Made by a program: the position numbers and the translations under genes
Notes under the pieces: model-generated
What the model was told of the DNA's origin: nothing
Databases searched by the model: none
What the model saw: only the letters and a program-made list of their open reading frames with translations
From: an uncultured Gammaproteobacteria bacterium
GTDB lineage: Bacteria; Patescibacteriota; Patescibacteriia; UBA9934; GWF2-40-263
Assembly: GCA_964402425.1 (NCBI GenBank)
Contig: CAYOCD010000001.1
Location: 163,442 to 227,441 of the forward strand
Direction: 5' to 3'
DNA: 64,000 nt
Shown here: in pieces, positions 1 to 9,875 of the stretch
Layout of the letters: every line of letters starts with the position of its first letter
How positions within the stretch are numbered: position 1 is the first letter of the stretch

Positions 1-1215
1 CTTTGTGATAGAAATAGGCGCCACCGCAACAGACATAGACCCCGCATCATTACGTGCCACCTGAAGCAAATCGCTCACCAAATGATTCAAGTGTTCACTT
101 GCCTGATTGATCGCATCCAAATTATCTCGCATGGATTTTGGAACTTTTTTGACATCGTCTTGAACAAGCTCAAGAAATCCACGAATAGCAAACACAGGAG
201 CTTTCAATTCATGAGCTGCCAAAAAAACAAACTCATCTTTCAATTTGGCGACATCTCGTGCTTTTTCAAGCTCACGCGCTTGCGACTCCTTTAATTGTTG
301 GTTCTTTTGCTTTAGTTTTTTTGTTTCTGTTGAAAGAGCCTTGTTCAACATTTCAATTTTCTCACGTTTATTCACTTCACCATGCACACTCCGAAGAAGC
401 ATGAACACAAAGAACACAACCAAAACGACAGCAAGAAGCCTTAACAACATTTCCGCCAACGAGTTTGAAAGAAAAAATTCAAACAAGAAAAGAATCGTAA
501 CGAGTGTGGAAAAAACCTCCACACTCAAGATTTTTACATTCAACGCATGGTACTTTACCATCGCATACGCAACAAGAAGAGCAAATGGAATAGCAGAAAG
601 AAAAACAATCGGATAGATAGAAATTCCGTAAGCAGGTAAAAATGCCAAAGGACCTATTGAATCCAAAATGAAAAACCCGATAAGAAGAAATTTGATTTGT
701 TGTTTCTTCACCCCTTCTGCCTGTCGATAAAATCGATACAAATTTATAAAATACAAAACGAAATACGAGAGAAAATAGACAAGAAAAAGTGCGTGTAGTG
801 GTTGTGCACGTGTATGAACCCCCCATGCATATTTAAACAAATCCTTTACAAGATAATCCGTTTGCGTGAGAGGAAAAAAACAAAAGGCAAGCACATATCC
901 TATGCGCAAAAGGAGTTTTTGTTTTGTATTTTCAGAATAAACAAGACCGAAATGATAAAGAAAAATAGGGATAAGTACGACACCCCCATAAATAAATCGA
1001 TCCCAAAAAATAGCAGATTGATCATTCGTTGCGTTGAAAAGCTCAAAGGTACCAAACAACCAAACCGTAAGCGCAAGCGAATAGAGAAAAAAGAGAATGG
1101 AAAGTGAAGAAGATGGTTTTTTAATCCAAACAAAAAAACCAAGCGTGATTGTAAATATCGCTCCTAGTAACGGAAGCATTGAATATGCAGATGTAATCAA
1201 CAAAAGATTCATCAT
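1..1215 (-). CDS. Sensor histidine kinase with multi-pass (7TM-type) N-terminal membrane domain; C-terminal ATPase part runs off the window 5' edge
   Basis: Manual minus-strand translation from ATG (top about 1213-1215) gives MMNLLLITSAYSM..., about seven hydrophobic helices, then QQLKESQARELEKARDVAKLKDEFVFLAAHELKAPVFAIRGFLELV (classic HisKA H-box) reading through position 1. It is absent from the ORF track because no stop lies inside the window. The plus-strand ORFs 82..294 and 245..616 and minus 479..826 are out-of-frame artefacts. Confidence 0.75.
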   Translation of the reverse strand, partial: MMNLLLITSAYSMLPLLGAIFTITLGFFVWIKKPSSSLSILFFLYSLALTVWLFGTFELFNATNDQSAIFWDRFIYGGVVLIPIFLYHFGLVYSENTKQKLLLRIGYVLAFCFFPLTQTDYLVKDLFKYAWGVHTRAQPLHALFLVYFLSYFVLYFINLYRFYRQAEGVKKQQIKFLLIGFFILDSIGPLAFLPAYGISIYPIVFLSAIPFALLVAYAMVKYHALNVKILSVEVFSTLVTILFLFEFFLSNSLAEMLLRLLAVVLVVFFVFMLLRSVHGEVNKREKIEMLNKALSTETKKLKQKNQQLKESQARELEKARDVAKLKDEFVFLAAHELKAPVFAIRGFLELVQDDVKKVPKSMRDNLDAINQASEHLNHLVSDLLQVARNDAGSMSVAVAPISITK

Positions 1216-1265
1216 GTATTTTAAGTATAACAAAAAAAGAAAGTTGTGAGAACAACTTTCTGAGT

Positions 1266-2357
1266 TCAGATCTTTTTTAAGTGTGACGACCGCGGCGCAA
1301 GCTTGAGACCCATCTGTTCACAATCGTGTCCAATGGACTCTAATGCATTCATTTGAACATTTCCTACTTCAGAATTTGCCCAACCTTGATGCGCATGCGC
1401 CATTGTTCCGCCAGAACATGCGTATGTCACAAACGGTTTGAGACGCATCATGTAAGACATGTCACATGTATCAGGTATGAGCACAAGCCCACCGTCCACA
1501 TGACACAAATCTTTACGTGAGCGCAGAACTCCTTCCGAAAGAGGATCTGGCACGGAAAAATTCAAGACAGCAGCCCCGTGTGGAATGAACGAGATCAACC
1601 CATTCGCTCTCGGCTTGTTTTTTCCCGTTACCCACACACGACAATCTTGCATGTCATGCAACTGCGTCACGTGAATCACGTTCGCCTGAAATTCAAACGG
1701 AAGTTCTTTTTGAATTTCCACAAATCGCTCGCGCGAATTCGTGTAAGCCTTAAAGACAAATCCTTTCTTGGCGAGGTGTAAGATCACCGCACGCCCAATT
1801 TTTGAGGTTGGACCGATCATGGCAATAGGCTTTCGTGCCCCATGCTCCAAATACAGCTCTTCAAGCCGCTTGATCACAAACCAAGCTGTGCATGTATCGC
1901 CATGGATGATGGGAATGTTAACCCCCGATTGCATGTACAGCCACTTCCCTCCCTGCGTAAGGGATTCATCTTTTGTCAAAGCGCCAAGACCGACCACATC
2001 TACACCCAATTCATTTTGGGCAAATAGCGTTGCGGCCAAGATCCGCTGTCGAATTTGCTCATGGCGGTTTTTCAAAAGAAAGTGCCACCCGAAATTATTG
2101 ATGAGAATTGTGTATCCATAGACACGATCATTCACTCGAAACGAGTCAACAACCTTGAACGATTCTTTGCGAAACAAGAAAAAAATACTCACCAGAAGAC
2201 AGATCGGGTAAAGCGGAAACAGAAAGAACGGGAATCCCGACTGCTTATGCAAAAAAGCAAACGCCTTGTGGTTCAATAACCAATTCCAAGGCTCTACGTA
2301 ATGCGCAATAAAGGCATATTTTTTGGTTTGCAACATGAGTCTTTTCCTCCACAACAA
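1266..2357 (-). CDS. NAD(P)-binding oxidoreductase resembling the cyanobacterial acyl-ACP reductase (AAR) / semialdehyde dehydrogenase-like family, with an N-terminal hydrophobic insertion
   Basis: 363-aa ORF. HGDTCTAWFV and IAMIGPTSKIGRAVILHLAKKG (GxxGxIG Rossmann) parallel AAR TGNTHTAYVI / VAVVGATGDIGSAV. An N-terminal TM-like segment FPFFLFPLYPICLLVSIFFLF is present. The family call is by recalled similarity only. Confidence 0.5.
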   Translation of the reverse strand: MLWRKRLMLQTKKYAFIAHYVEPWNWLLNHKAFAFLHKQSGFPFFLFPLYPICLLVSIFFLFRKESFKVVDSFRVNDRVYGYTILINNFGWHFLLKNRHEQIRQRILAATLFAQNELGVDVVGLGALTKDESLTQGGKWLYMQSGVNIPIIHGDTCTAWFVIKRLEELYLEHGARKPIAMIGPTSKIGRAVILHLAKKGFVFKAYTNSRERFVEIQKELPFEFQANVIHVTQLHDMQDCRVWVTGKNKPRANGLISFIPHGAAVLNFSVPDPLSEGVLRSRKDLCHVDGGLVLIPDTCDMSYMMRLKPFVTYACSGGTMAHAHQGWANSEVGNVQMNALESIGHDCEQMGLKLAPRSSHLKKI

Positions 2358-2369
2358 CTGTACTCCCTC

Positions 2370-2409
2370 AGTACAGAGAGCTGTCTCTTCAGAAACAGCT
2401 CTCTGTACT
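2370..2409 (-). other. 15-bp perfect inverted repeat hairpin (agtacagagagctgt / acagctctctgtact, 10-nt loop) between the response-regulator stop and the oxidoreductase start; no T-run
   Basis: Seen directly in sequence. Lies within the 51-nt spacer of the HK-oxidoreductase-RR operon, so it may be an intra-operon attenuator or processing hairpin. Confidence 0.35.
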
Positions 2410-2801
2410 CACGAAACAGTAAGCCCAAGCAAAACCTGAATCTTTTCAATAAAATCCTTTTCCTCTATTCCTTTATGCATGTACTCAATCTTATACGCTT
2501 GTTTTAATGTACGCTCAACATCTAGAGACAAATCTTCTGCCGTCAGCATGGAGATAGGTGTTTCCCCCAACTCACCTTCTTGTCGTAATCGAATCGCTGT
2601 TTTCATGCCATCTTCATCACCCGGCATATGCATATCCATCAAAATCAAATCAGGTTTCATGCGACGAGCCATTTCTCTTCCTTCTACACCATTATGGGCA
2701 TAAAGCGTGTTATATCCCAACTTTGATAAACGCCCACCAAAAAGACGCTGAATGAGCGGATCATCATCAATGAGGAGTATGCATTTGAGTTTTTCAGCCA
2801 T
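2409..2801 (-). CDS. Single-domain response regulator (CheY-like receiver, no output domain)
   Basis: 130 aa: ILLIDDD...LILMDMHMPGDEDG...K motifs of the REC domain (Asp pocket, phospho-acceptor D, conserved K). Confidence 0.8.
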   Translation of the reverse strand: MAEKLKCILLIDDDPLIQRLFGGRLSKLGYNTLYAHNGVEGREMARRMKPDLILMDMHMPGDEDGMKTAIRLRQEGELGETPISMLTAEDLSLDVERTLKQAYKIEYMHKGIEEKDFIEKIQVLLGLTVS

Positions 2802-2833
2802 ACGAAGAAGAGTTTGAACTTTTTACAAACCAA

Positions 2834-3604
2834 TTATACCTGGAGCAATGCAAAATACCAATGAAACAAAGAGGAACCTGTCAATAGAACAATAACGGTT
2901 CCCGTAACAAGAAAAGTTCCAAATGGCATTCGTGTTTTACGGTTTACTCTCTTAAGAAGAAGCAAACCACCTCCAACAATCGCCCCAATGAAATACGAAA
3001 GAAAAAGAGCAACAAGTCCATTTGTAACCCCAAGTAAACATCCCATCAACACCCCCATACGGATATCTCCCCCACCAACCCATGCACCTTGAGACAAAAG
3101 AAACTGTACCAGAAAAAAACCACCAACAACAACCATGCCAAGCAACATGGATGATAAGGAAATTATCTGGAAACCCGTATTCATCACAAATACAAACACA
3201 ATTGCAGGGATAGTGAATTTGTCTGGAATTAACATGTAACGGAGATCGTACACAAATAAAAGCACGAGTATCGATCCGATCACACAATCCCGAAACAAGA
3301 CAGGAGAGGAAGTTGCACCCTGCAGAAATCGAGTCAGAAAAAGAACAAAAAGAAAACCAATCGCCGTCTCTAAAAGAAGGTACTGCCAATCGATCTTATG
3401 TTTACAATTCCGACACCTTCCACCAAGAAACAAGAAGCTCAAAACAGGAATAAGATCAAACGCACGAATTGTTGTATGACAATGCATACATTTAGATCGT
3501 CCGTACACAACTGTTTCGTGTTCAGGTGCTCGAAAAATAATCACATTTAAAAAACTTCCAACACAGGCCCCAAGAAGAAAACCCAAGAGAAGCAACATAA
3601 GCAC
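2834..3604 (-). CDS. pilD: Type IV prepilin leader peptidase (A24 family, PilD-like)
   Basis: 256 aa, polytopic. An N-terminal CxxC...CxxC zinc pair (CMHCHTT...CRNCKHKI) is followed by the peptidase A24 membrane core with conserved Asp-containing loops (GGGDIRMG). Confidence 0.85.
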   Translation of the reverse strand: MLMLLLLGFLLGACVGSFLNVIIFRAPEHETVVYGRSKCMHCHTTIRAFDLIPVLSFLFLGGRCRNCKHKIDWQYLLLETAIGFLFVLFLTRFLQGATSSPVLFRDCVIGSILVLLFVYDLRYMLIPDKFTIPAIVFVFVMNTGFQIISLSSMLLGMVVVGGFFLVQFLLSQGAWVGGGDIRMGVLMGCLLGVTNGLVALFLSYFIGAIVGGGLLLLKRVNRKTRMPFGTFLVTGTVIVLLTGSSLFHWYFALLQV

Positions 3605-5023
3605 CTATTCCTTTGCGACCGGCAATTGATGCACAACGGCCTTCACTTCTTTTTCTGAACTCAATTTCTTTTTGACCACCGAAACAATCTTGTTAATATC
3701 AACAATTTCTTGTGCGCCGGATTCCATATCACGAATGATAATTGTTCCGTCCAACACTTCTTTTTGTCCAAGAATGATGGTGTATTGAACCGCGAGTTTA
3801 TTCGCCGCTTCAAGTTGAGCTTTCAAAGCATTCTTTCCAAAAGCTTCCGCAACTGGAATTTGTGCCATACGGAAATCTTCATACAATTTGAGACCAACAC
3901 GACGCGCAGCATCTCCAAGTTGTGCAAAAAAGACTTGTGGTTCAGGACGTTGCGGTGGATTGATTCCCATTTCTCCAAGCGCCTTTGCCACACGATCCAT
4001 TCCGATTGCAAATCCACATGCGGGCGTTGGACGACCGCCGATCAGTTCAACAAGTCCGTTGTAACGTCCGCCGCCACCGAGCGCATTTTGTGCGCGCTCA
4101 CCGTCATCCGTATCAAGAACGAATTCAAATACAGTGTGCGTATAATAATCGAGTCCGCGTACAAGATGTGGATTCAATACGTATGGAACTTGAATTTCCT
4201 CAAGGAACTCGAGCACTTTTGTGAAGTGTTCTTTTGATGCATCATCAAGCCAATCCAAAATCTGAGGCGCTTCTGCAAGCAACTCTTTCATTCCTTCTTC
4301 TTTACTATCAAGTAAACGAAGAGGGCTCTTTTGCAAACGGCGCTTATCATCTTCTGATAATTTGTTGCGATGTGGGCGGAAATAACTTGTGAGCTCTGCC
4401 AAGTATGCCTGGCGAGATTCTGGTGTGCCAATAGAGTTCACCTGAACTTTTACATTGAGTCCAAGATCTTTAAAAATTTGATATCCAAGCACAATGAGTT
4501 GAGCATCCATGATGGGCTCATGTGTTCCAAACACTTCAAATCCCGCTTGATAAAACTGGCGATATCGCCCAGCTTGTGGACGATCGTGACGGAACATTGG
4601 TCCTTCATACCAGAGCTTTACGGGTTGGGGACGATCTAACATTCCATGATTGATATATGCACGGGCAGCTGAAGCGGTTGCTTCAGGACGAAGCGCAACC
4701 ATGCGCTCTGACGGATCCACGAATGCATACATTTCTTTTTCAATAATATCTGTTTGTTTTCCAACAGTACGTTGAAATAAATCTGCACGCTCCAAAACAG
4801 GAAGATCAATACGATCAAACGTATATGCCTCTGCCAAGTTACGAACCGTGTCACGCACAAAATTCCACTTCCCTTGTTCTTCAGGCAAAATATCACGGAA
4901 TCCACGCAAAAGTTCTGGCGGAGCTTTTGCTCCACTTTTCTTTTCTTTTTCTTCTCCTCCTTCTGCTTTCTTTGGAGCAGGTGCCGGCTTTGGAGCTTCT
5001 TTCTTTTTATTGAATGGGGACAT
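3605..5023 (-). CDS. hisS: Histidyl-tRNA synthetase with a Lys/Ala/Pro-rich N-terminal extension
   Basis: Class II motifs: LRPEATASAARAY, GGGGRYNGLV (GGRYD-type), GFAIGMDRV. Start chosen at MSPFNKKKEAP (ATG); the ORF track allows 5050 via an upstream in-frame start. Confidence 0.9.
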   Translation of the reverse strand: MSPFNKKKEAPKPAPAPKKAEGGEEKEKKSGAKAPPELLRGFRDILPEEQGKWNFVRDTVRNLAEAYTFDRIDLPVLERADLFQRTVGKQTDIIEKEMYAFVDPSERMVALRPEATASAARAYINHGMLDRPQPVKLWYEGPMFRHDRPQAGRYRQFYQAGFEVFGTHEPIMDAQLIVLGYQIFKDLGLNVKVQVNSIGTPESRQAYLAELTSYFRPHRNKLSEDDKRRLQKSPLRLLDSKEEGMKELLAEAPQILDWLDDASKEHFTKVLEFLEEIQVPYVLNPHLVRGLDYYTHTVFEFVLDTDDGERAQNALGGGGRYNGLVELIGGRPTPACGFAIGMDRVAKALGEMGINPPQRPEPQVFFAQLGDAARRVGLKLYEDFRMAQIPVAEAFGKNALKAQLEAANKLAVQYTIILGQKEVLDGTIIIRDMESGAQEIVDINKIVSVVKKKLSSEKEVKAVVHQLPVAKE

Positions 5024-5089
5024 ACAAAAAATAATGATGACGAGAAACAAGTAATAAGAATAAACGTGTAATGCTACAAAAAAACTTTT

Positions 5090-5698
5090 CTACAAATTAA
5101 ACGTTGGATCTGGAAATGTTGAGGCGCGATTAAGAGGCAATCCTCTTACCCAGACACGTCCAATAAACTGCTCTCGTTTTACCGGTCCGAAACTGCGAGA
5201 ATCCATACTTTCTGGACGATTATCACCCATGACCCAATACTCATCCGCCCCGAGCGTAGACTTTTTCATGCCATCTGTCGAGACATCTCCCAAATACGCT
5301 TCTGTCAATAACACTCCGTTTGGATGATCTTCATTATAGATAGTGACGTGTCCCCCACTTACCTCTACAGTCTCTCCGGGGAGTCCGATCACGCGTTTGA
5401 TAAAAAACTCGCTTGGATTACGCGGGTAACGAAATACCACGATCTCTCCACGCTCCGGTGTGCGCAAACGATAGGAAAGTTCATCAATAATCAGATATTC
5501 AGAATCGTAAAAATTTGGTTCCATGCTCGCCCCTTTCACATAAAACGGCTGAATGAGAAAGTAACGAATTGGAATAATAATAGCGCTTGAGATGAGAATA
5601 ATCTGAATCACTTCAACGAAAAATAAAGCAACAGACGATCCAACAGGTCCGAGTTTTTTTAAAAAGATCGGTTCCAATTTTTGAAAGGTTTTTGACAT
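5090..5698 (-). CDS. lepB: Signal peptidase I (S26 family)
   Basis: 202 aa, N-terminal TM anchor, catalytic GASMEPN (Ser) box, KRVIGLPGE, and GDNR box. Confidence 0.9.
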   Translation of the reverse strand: MSKTFQKLEPIFLKKLGPVGSSVALFFVEVIQIILISSAIIIPIRYFLIQPFYVKGASMEPNFYDSEYLIIDELSYRLRTPERGEIVVFRYPRNPSEFFIKRVIGLPGETVEVSGGHVTIYNEDHPNGVLLTEAYLGDVSTDGMKKSTLGADEYWVMGDNRPESMDSRSFGPVKREQFIGRVWVRGLPLNRASTFPDPTFNL

Positions 5699-5811
5699 AG
5701 GAAAAGCAGAAAGGGGTGAGTAGAAAGTAGAAAGGGAGAGACAAGGAGGCGGAAAAATAAAAAGGGAATTCCTAAACCCTTTCTATTCTCTACTTTTTCT
5801 CCAGGATATCA

Positions 5812-5842
5812 AAAAAAAAGACCCTGGACAAGGGTCTCACGT
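5812..5842 (-). terminator. Rho-independent terminator downstream of the transglutaminase-like gene
   Basis: On the minus strand: gagacccttgtccagggtctc hairpin followed by a T9 run. On plus it reads aaaaaaaaagaccctggacaagggtctc. Confidence 0.65.
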
Positions 5843-5861
5843 TCTTAATCGCATACTTGTT

Positions 5862-6710
5862 TTACTCAGCAGAAAGAAACTTCGCGAGCTCGTGATCATA
5901 GACGAATTTCCCCATTTCTCCCCCATTTTCAAGGGTACCAAAGAAATTTTGTGCAGGATCCAAGATGATCGGTCCTGTTCCCTCTTGTTCAAATCGTGCC
6001 CAGGCATGGCTAAAAAAGTTCGGAATATAGCAACGACACACAGACATGCTCCCGTGTGTCAAGTCAATTTGAGAAAGAAGCTCAAACATTCCAACAAGGA
6101 AAAGAACCATGTGCCGACACACCCCTGTTTGTGCGATCAAATATGCATCGAGCGAGAGTTCGGCATCTGGTTCAATCTTTGCTTGCCGGAACACATCTGA
6201 TGTTTTGTGTTCGTTGTATGGCAAACATTTTTTTGTGTACTGAAACAAAGCTTCTGGCAACCCAGATTGAAATGTCTGAACCAATCCTTCACGTGTGATG
6301 TCGAGTTGGATATCCCCATTTATAAACCGTGTTCTTATGACACTAAATCGATTTTCAATAAAGGATCCACACAACGCACGCAAAACACGACTTGAAGAAT
6401 CAACAAAAATCGCTTCCCGTGCTCTATGTCCCAAATACACCCCATCAAGAACCCGTGTTCCTGTTCCAATAATATGTCGTCCACGGAATCGACCAAACGG
6501 AGCAAAAGGATCGGATCTGTTTGGAGATTGATAATCCGGATGACCAAGCAATCGTTCAATCGCAATCGCCGTATTTGAAAACCGCGAACGATCAATCCCG
6601 TCACTTGATCGACCCAATCCCGCAAGGGTGTCTGTTATTTCTTGATCAGATTGACGTTGAAAAAGCTCGTCAACCCGTCTTGCGTTGAATAGGCTTTCGA
6701 TTTCCATCTC
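5862..6710 (-). CDS. Transglutaminase-like superfamily protein (putative Cys-His-Asp cysteine protease fold)
   Basis: TGVCRHMVLFLVGMF (G-x-C core), FSHAWARFE (H-A-W-x-E), ILDPAQN (Asp). Start taken at MEIESLF, ATG preceded by gtgaggt. The track's longer start at 6797 overlaps the divergent LCP gene. Confidence 0.6.
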   Translation of the reverse strand, partial: EMEIESLFNARRVDELFQRQSDQEITDTLAGLGRSSDGIDRSRFSNTAIAIERLLGHPDYQSPNRSDPFAPFGRFRGRHIIGTGTRVLDGVYLGHRAREAIFVDSSSRVLRALCGSFIENRFSVIRTRFINGDIQLDITREGLVQTFQSGLPEALFQYTKKCLPYNEHKTSDVFRQAKIEPDAELSLDAYLIAQTGVCRHMVLFLVGMFELLSQIDLTHGSMSVCRCYIPNFFSHAWARFEQEGTGPIILDPAQNFFGTLENGGEMGKFVYDHELAKFLSAE

Positions 6711-6821
6711 ATACCTCACACAAAGAACTAAACGCAATCTATGGGAAGAACCTGTTTGCGTCAAATAAAACAATTCAAGCGCTTGTTTTATGAACACAAA
6801 ATTGATACAATCGCCCTACCT

Positions 6822-8408
6822 ATGGAGCATCCAAAAATCGATTTCCTGAAAGAAAAATACGATCTTAAAAAACCAGACGAAAAACCGTTTCTTTTTTTTC
6901 GCAAGCGCCTGATCGCCTTTTTTTTCGTTTTAGCAACCATTGGGGCTGTATTCTCTTTTCAGGTCCATACAACATCTGATACCAGCGGAAGTCCTACAGA
7001 ACTTTCCCTTTTTTCGATTATCAAAAATTTTATTTTACCGAGCGATGATTTACTCATGGGAGAACAAGAAGATCGGGTCAATTTTTTGTTAACAGGAATC
7101 GGTGGAGAAGGTCATGCGGGTCCACAACTCACAGATACTATTTTATTTGCGAGCTATCGTCCTTCCACAAAAAAACTCGCGTTTCTTTCTCTTCCTCGCG
7201 ACATGACTGTTCAGATCCCCGATCGCGGATATCAAAAAGTCAATCACGTAAACGCTTATGCTGAAACCGAAAAACCTGGCACGGGAGGTGAGGTAACAGC
7301 ACAATTTATCGGCAACACACTCAAACAACCTGTTCATTATTATTTACGCGTTGACTTTAATGGATTTGCTGAATTTATTGACGCCATTGGCGGGGTGGAT
7401 GTCTATGTCGATCACCCATTTACAGATCCAGCCTATCCTATTATCGGAAAAGAAAAAGACACGTGCGGAAACTCCAAAGCATCCATGAATGCCACAGCAG
7501 AAGAACTTTCAAATTCCACATCAGGACCATCTATTCTTCCTCCAGATTACAGTTGTCGATTTACAAATCTTACATTCAAAGAAGGGCTCACACACATGAA
7601 CGGTACAACAGCCCTTGCCTTTGTCCGCTCTCGTCACGGAAACAACGGAGAAGGTTCAGACTTTGCACGTTCACGCAGACAACAAAAAATTATGCTTGCG
7701 GTAAAAGACAAAATCTTTTCCGCTTCTACTTTTTTAAATCCAGTTCGCATCACAGGAATTTTTGACACGCTTCAAAAAAACATCTCCACGAATCTTTCTG
7801 TTTCTCAGCTCATGCGTCTTGGAAAAGAGTTTCGTGATTTACAATCAGAAGAAGTTATTAGTCATGTCATTGACGATTCTCCCAACTCCCCTCTTTACGC
7901 CACAAACTTGAATGGAGCGTATGTCCTTCTTCCAAAGAATGATGACTGGACCACTCTTCAACAAATGGCTCTCTATATTTACACTCCAGAACCAACAACA
8001 ACCCCCAAACCAAAAATCGCAGAAACACCAGCAGCAAAAACAGAACCGGTTGTTCGTGTAGAAATTCAAAATGGCACAGATGTAACAGGTCTTGGTGTTC
8101 GAGCCTCACAGTTACTCACGGCAAATGAAGAGTTTCACGTTGTCAAAGTTGGCAATGCTGTCACGCGCGACTACAACCACACCGTCATTTATGACCTCAC
8201 AAATGGCACAAAAACAGATGAATTAAAGGCTCTTCAAACGTTTTTTCAAGCAGACATCGCCAAAGCTTCCGGATGGATGCAAAACAATGAGGTCGTCCAA
8301 AAACAAGTTGCCGTCACCCCAGATGAAACAAAGCCCCTCACAACGGGTTCAAAGGTTGACTTTTTGGTCATTCTCGGGCAGAGTGCGCGAGATATCGTCA
8401 TGAAATAA
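6822..8408 (+). CDS. LytR-CpsA-Psr (LCP) family cell-envelope phosphotransferase with N-terminal TM anchor and C-terminal LytR_C-like domain
   Basis: LLTGIGGEGHAGPQLTDTILFASY, LSLPRDM, VNHVNAY, VRSRHG...DFARSRRQQ are LCP signatures. Start at MEHPKIDFL; the track's 6741 is an alternative. Confidence 0.8.
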   Translation: MEHPKIDFLKEKYDLKKPDEKPFLFFRKRLIAFFFVLATIGAVFSFQVHTTSDTSGSPTELSLFSIIKNFILPSDDLLMGEQEDRVNFLLTGIGGEGHAGPQLTDTILFASYRPSTKKLAFLSLPRDMTVQIPDRGYQKVNHVNAYAETEKPGTGGEVTAQFIGNTLKQPVHYYLRVDFNGFAEFIDAIGGVDVYVDHPFTDPAYPIIGKEKDTCGNSKASMNATAEELSNSTSGPSILPPDYSCRFTNLTFKEGLTHMNGTTALAFVRSRHGNNGEGSDFARSRRQQKIMLAVKDKIFSASTFLNPVRITGIFDTLQKNISTNLSVSQLMRLGKEFRDLQSEEVISHVIDDSPNSPLYATNLNGAYVLLPKNDDWTTLQQMALYIYTPEPTTTPKPKIAETPAAKTEPVVRVEIQNGTDVTGLGVRASQLLTANEEFHVVKVGNAVTRDYNHTVIYDLTNGTKTDELKALQTFFQADIAKASGWMQNNEVVQKQVAVTPDETKPLTTGSKVDFLVILGQSARDIVMK

Positions 8409-8441
8409 AAGAATGGTAATTCGACTTTTTCACGTTCCCCT

Positions 8442-9809
8442 ATGACCTCCAACAATCTCCCAACCGTCGCGCTCATTGGTCGCACGAACGTTGGAAAATC
8501 CACTCTGTTCAATCGCATGATCGAACAATCAAAAGCCCTGGTCTCTGCAACGGCAGGTACCACACGCGATCGAAACGATGGCGAGTGTTTGTGGCGCGGA
8601 AGAACGATTCGAGTTGTGGATACCGGAGGATTAGATGTCAACAAACAAGACGAAATCGAAAAAAACATTTTGATCCAATCAGAGCTTGCCATGAAAGAGG
8701 CGGACATTATTTTATTTGTTGTCGATCTAAAAAATCCCCCACTCCCTACAGACCTTGAACTCGCAAGCAAACTCTGGAAAACAAAAACACCTATTATCGT
8801 TGTTGGAAACAAAGCAGAAAAAGCCGCGGAACGCCGACGCGCCCACCAACCCGATTGGCGCCTTCGTGGGCTCCCAGCCCCTATCGCCGTCTCTGCAACA
8901 CAAGGCTCTGGTGTTGGAGATCTCCTTGATCTTGTTTATGAAAAACTGACAGAGATCGGCAAACATCCCGTTGACTATAAAGAATTAAACGCAACACGTG
9001 TTGCGGTCATTGGAAAACCAAACGTCGGAAAATCCACTCTGTTAAACGCCCTCGTTGGAACAGATCGATTTATCACGAGCTCCATCGCACACACAACACG
9101 CGAACCAAATGACGTTCTGTTACACATCGGAGACAAAAACTATTTGATTTACGACACGGCCGGAATGCGTAAGCATGCAAAAATCAGCAAAGGTGGTGGA
9201 CTTGAAAAAATGGCCGTTGATAAAAACGAGTGGGTCATTCGTCAATCAGATGTTTCTCTCCTTGTCCTAGACGCAACAGAACCCATCGGTACACAAGAAA
9301 AACACCTCGCAGGAATTTTGGGGGACTCAGGAGCGGGTGTAATTATCATCGTGAACAAATGGGACTTAGTAAAAGACAAAGACACAACCACCATCAATGA
9401 TTACAAAAAATATCTTGCTGGTGAACTCCCATTCATCACATGGGCTCCGGTTATGTTCGTGAGTGCTCTCACAAAACAACGCACAAGCACCATCTTTAAA
9501 ATGATCGATGAAGTAAACCATAACAGAAGCATCGAAATCGACATGAAAGAATTGGACGGTTTCTTACGAGAAGCTCTTCGCACTCACCTTCCCTCTCTTG
9601 GAAAAGGAAAGAATCCTCCAAAAGTTATGGGGCTTAAACAAGTCTCCACAAAACCCCCAAAATTTGATCTCACCTTAAAAGCACAGCGTACAGACGCCCT
9701 TCACCCAAGCTATCTCCGTTTTATTGAGAACCGCTTGCGTGTCTTGCATGATTTTCGTGGAACACCAATCAATATAAAAGTAAGAATTGCAACAGCTGTA
9801 TCAAAATAA
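8442..9809 (+). CDS. der: Ribosome-biogenesis GTPase Der/EngA (tandem GTPase domains plus KH-like C-terminus)
   Basis: Two G1 boxes GRTNVGKST and GKPNVGKST, DTGG/DTAG, NKAE/NKWD. Confidence 0.95.
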   Translation: MTSNNLPTVALIGRTNVGKSTLFNRMIEQSKALVSATAGTTRDRNDGECLWRGRTIRVVDTGGLDVNKQDEIEKNILIQSELAMKEADIILFVVDLKNPPLPTDLELASKLWKTKTPIIVVGNKAEKAAERRRAHQPDWRLRGLPAPIAVSATQGSGVGDLLDLVYEKLTEIGKHPVDYKELNATRVAVIGKPNVGKSTLLNALVGTDRFITSSIAHTTREPNDVLLHIGDKNYLIYDTAGMRKHAKISKGGGLEKMAVDKNEWVIRQSDVSLLVLDATEPIGTQEKHLAGILGDSGAGVIIIVNKWDLVKDKDTTTINDYKKYLAGELPFITWAPVMFVSALTKQRTSTIFKMIDEVNHNRSIEIDMKELDGFLREALRTHLPSLGKGKNPPKVMGLKQVSTKPPKFDLTLKAQRTDALHPSYLRFIENRLRVLHDFRGTPINIKVRIATAVSK

Positions 9810-9811
9810 TC

Positions 9812-9849
9812 AAAAAACTCGACGCATTCACGTCGAGTTTTTTGTTTTC
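9812..9849 (+). terminator. Rho-independent terminator after der
   Basis: aaaaaa-ctcgacg-cattca-cgtcgag-ttttttgttttc: 7-bp GC-rich stem plus T-run. It is followed by a cataat -10-like box ahead of pth. Confidence 0.8.
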
Positions 9850-9875
9850 TTTGGAATATGGCATAATCTTCGTAT

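Noticed and set aside
82-826. Plus-strand ORFs 82..294, 245..616 and minus ORF 479..826 at the window start
   Set aside because: A single long minus-strand frame through this region encodes a coherent 7TM histidine kinase with a canonical H-box. These ORFs are out-of-frame or antisense by-products.
3710-4237. 175-aa plus-strand ORF inside hisS
   Set aside because: Antisense to a well-supported class II synthetase; no motifs.
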